Origin: a virus
Lineage: Duplodnaviria > Caudoviricetes
DNA length: 27,096 nucleotides
Direction: 5' to 3' (one strand)
Virus record (IMG/VR): IMGVR_UViG_3300027804_000191
Coordinates: 1 to 27,096 of that record
The translations under genes were made by a program, and so were the position numbers. Within the stretch, counting starts at the first letter, position 1. Every line of letters begins with the position of its first letter. Shown piece after piece: positions 25,170-27,096 of this stretch. The notes beneath the pieces are model-generated. The model was given only the letters and a program-made list of their open reading frames with translations, had not been told where the DNA came from and did no database searches.

Positions 25170-25778
25170 ATGAAAGTATACATTAACAAATACCGTTACC
25201 ATTGGCTTTCTCCGTATACTATACTGGAGAAAGTTTTCTTTTGGAAAAAAAAAATTGACTATGATGATCCATTAATTGAAAAATGGAGTAGCCATTTAAC
25301 CCCATTTTGTGAGTGGTTACAGAAGTTTTTAGATAAAGTTCATCCTAAGATTAATTATGTTAAGATCGATTATTGGGATACTTGGTCTATGGACCATACC
25401 TTATCTTACATTATTGTACCGATGTTAAAGCAGCTCAAAGCTACTAAGCATGGCGCTCCCTTTGTAGATGATGAAGACGTTCCGGAACGTTTAAGATCAA
25501 CTAATGCCAAACCTAAAGAAAATGATTGGGATACTGATGAATTTCATTTTGATCGTTGGGATTGGGTTTTAGATGAAATGATTTGGGCTTTCGAACAGAA
25601 AATAAAAGATAATGATGATGAAGCTTTTTTTGATTGGTCAGAAGTTGAACGTGGGGAACCATTAAATGAGCAAATTGGTAAAGTAAAAATAGATAGGGAT
25701 GGTTTAGATGCCCACCAGGCAAGAAAAACCAACGGGTATCGTTTGTTTGGAAAATATTATGAAGGGCTTTGGGATTGA
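25170..25778 (+). CDS. Conserved hypothetical phage protein
   Basis: WDTWSMDHTL..I..PMLKQLK..KHG.P.VD.EDVP and G..LFGKYY..LWD. Confidence 0.8.
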   Translation: MKVYINKYRYHWLSPYTILEKVFFWKKKIDYDDPLIEKWSSHLTPFCEWLQKFLDKVHPKINYVKIDYWDTWSMDHTLSYIIVPMLKQLKATKHGAPFVDDEDVPERLRSTNAKPKENDWDTDEFHFDRWDWVLDEMIWAFEQKIKDNDDEAFFDWSEVERGEPLNEQIGKVKIDRDGLDAHQARKTNGYRLFGKYYEGLWD

Positions 25779-26515
25779 AAAAAATATGTGTAGTAACTCC
25801 TACTACTGGTGCACCGGAACTTGAAGACGCTATCAGGTCTGTAATTAATCAAACTATACCAGTAGATCATTTAGTTGTTTGCGATGGTAATCAGTTTAAG
25901 GGTAAGGTTGATTTTATTATTAATAAATTAGTAGAGCATCCTAGTGTTACTACCTGCTATCTACCTTTTAACACTGGTGCTGACGGGTTTTACGGACATA
26001 GGATATTTGCTGCTATTGGCCATTTACTACCACATGACTATATTCTTTTCTTAGACCAAGATAACTGGTTTGATAATAATCATGTAGAATCACTGGTAGA
26101 AGAGTGTGAGAAATATAATTTTGAGTGGTCGTATAGTCTAAGAAAAATTTATGATAAAGACAAACAATTTGTTTGTGAAGATAATTGTGAATCTCTAGGT
26201 AGGTGGCCAATTTGGTTAAGTCAACCAGAAAACCCTAGCTATTTAATCGATTCAAGCTCTTACTGTTTTAGTCGATCTTTTTTAATAATGACAGGTCATT
26301 TATGGCATTGGGGTTGGGGTGGTGATCGCCGGTTTTATTCTATTGTTAAAGACCAGATTCAACATAAAAACTATGGATGTACAGGTAAGCATACATTAAA
26401 CTATAGGCTTGGAGGAAATGAAGGCTCTGTGCAGGGTGAATTTTTTCTTCAAGGTAATCAAATTATGTCTAAACAATATCAAGATAAGTTTCCCTGGAAA
26501 CAACAAATACGATAA
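25769..26515 (+). CDS. GT2 family glycosyltransferase
   Basis: VVTPT.G, SV..QT, VVCDG, LFLDQDNW (DxD), ID.SS and GGDR. Start may be TTG 25775. Confidence 0.85.
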   Translation: MGLKKICVVTPTTGAPELEDAIRSVINQTIPVDHLVVCDGNQFKGKVDFIINKLVEHPSVTTCYLPFNTGADGFYGHRIFAAIGHLLPHDYILFLDQDNWFDNNHVESLVEECEKYNFEWSYSLRKIYDKDKQFVCEDNCESLGRWPIWLSQPENPSYLIDSSSYCFSRSFLIMTGHLWHWGWGGDRRFYSIVKDQIQHKNYGCTGKHTLNYRLGGNEGSVQGEFFLQGNQIMSKQYQDKFPWKQQIR

Positions 26516-26517
26516 GT

Positions 26518-27096
26518 ATGCTATTTTATACACATGTAGTAGTACGCGGTAACAATATTCTTTTTCGGGGTATCAAAGACGGTAAACGAATCAAACAAAA
26601 GATTCCGTTTGAACCTACATTGTTTGTGCGTACGGGAAAGCAAACACCATATCAATCTCTCTGGGGTGAGAATCTGGAGAAGATGAAGTTCATTTCAATC
26701 TCAGAAGCCCGTGACTTTATTAAGAAGTACCAAGAGGTAAGTAATTTTCCTATCTATGGAAATTATAACTTTGTATATCAGTTTATTAACAAAGTATTCC
26801 CTGATACGATTGAGTTTGATATTAAGCATGTAAAAATTATTACTATCGATATCGAGACGTCTACTGATTATGGGTTTCCTGATCCACGTGCCGCGCAAGA
26901 ACAGGTACTACTAATAACTATCCAAGACTTCCATACCAAGCAGATCACTACGTTTGGTACTTACCCCTATTTACCTAAACAGTCTAACGTTACTTACATA
27001 CACTGTATTGATGAGATGGACTTGTTGCGTAAGTTTGTCAACTTTTTAAAGCAAGATTATCCAGATGTTATTACAGGGTGGAACAGTCAGTTATTT
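26518..27096 (+). CDS. gp43: DNA polymerase B (T4 gp43), N-terminal and exonuclease part; runs off the window
   Basis: Not in ORF track. MLFYTHV..RGNNIL.RG...F.PTLF; ExoI IDIET..GFPDP; ExoII start PDVITGWN...F. Confidence 0.95.
   Translation, partial: MLFYTHVVVRGNNILFRGIKDGKRIKQKIPFEPTLFVRTGKQTPYQSLWGENLEKMKFISISEARDFIKKYQEVSNFPIYGNYNFVYQFINKVFPDTIEFDIKHVKIITIDIETSTDYGFPDPRAAQEQVLLITIQDFHTKQITTFGTYPYLPKQSNVTYIHCIDEMDLLRKFVNFLKQDYPDVITGWNSQLF

Noticed and set aside
3-26898. Antisense or alternate-frame ORFs (e.g. 476-958, 4656-4964, 6129-6545, 10167-10487, 26701-26898)
   Set aside because: Shadows of well-supported genes, with no recognisable motifs.
1-27096. Stop-codon reassignment
   Set aside because: Core genes are full length in the standard code, TAA, TAG and TGA all terminate genes, and no suppressor tRNA is present.

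Overview
A 27 kb fragment of a large T4-like (Tevenvirinae-related, myovirus-type) bacteriophage genome. From left to right it carries: three tandem 2OG-Fe(II) oxygenases (+); a convergent minus-strand late operon behind a TATAAATA promoter (virion/fibre protein, Thr/Trp-periodic Cys-rich protein, tail-chaperone-like protein, Cys-rich protein, KpsS/KpsC-like glycosyltransferase); small accessory genes (HExxH protease, unannotated ArfA-like peptide, MazG-like, DUF932); two paralogous glycosyltransferases; six tRNAs interleaved with structured non-tRNA RNA candidates; a metallophosphoesterase; a 13-gene, ~10 kb sugar-biosynthesis/glycosyltransferase operon; and the T4 core gp45-gp44-gp62-regA-hsp20, small ORFs, a CAT tRNA, a GT2 and the 5' part of DNA polymerase gp43. 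The most notable signals are a repeated long-stem RNA cassette in the tRNA array (compensatory base change, variable interior, pairs with the tRNA CCA end), the large glycan pathway, the stalk-and-knob fibre/GT module, and an H-type pseudoknot leader on hsp20. All family assignments come from motif recognition by eye, not database searches.
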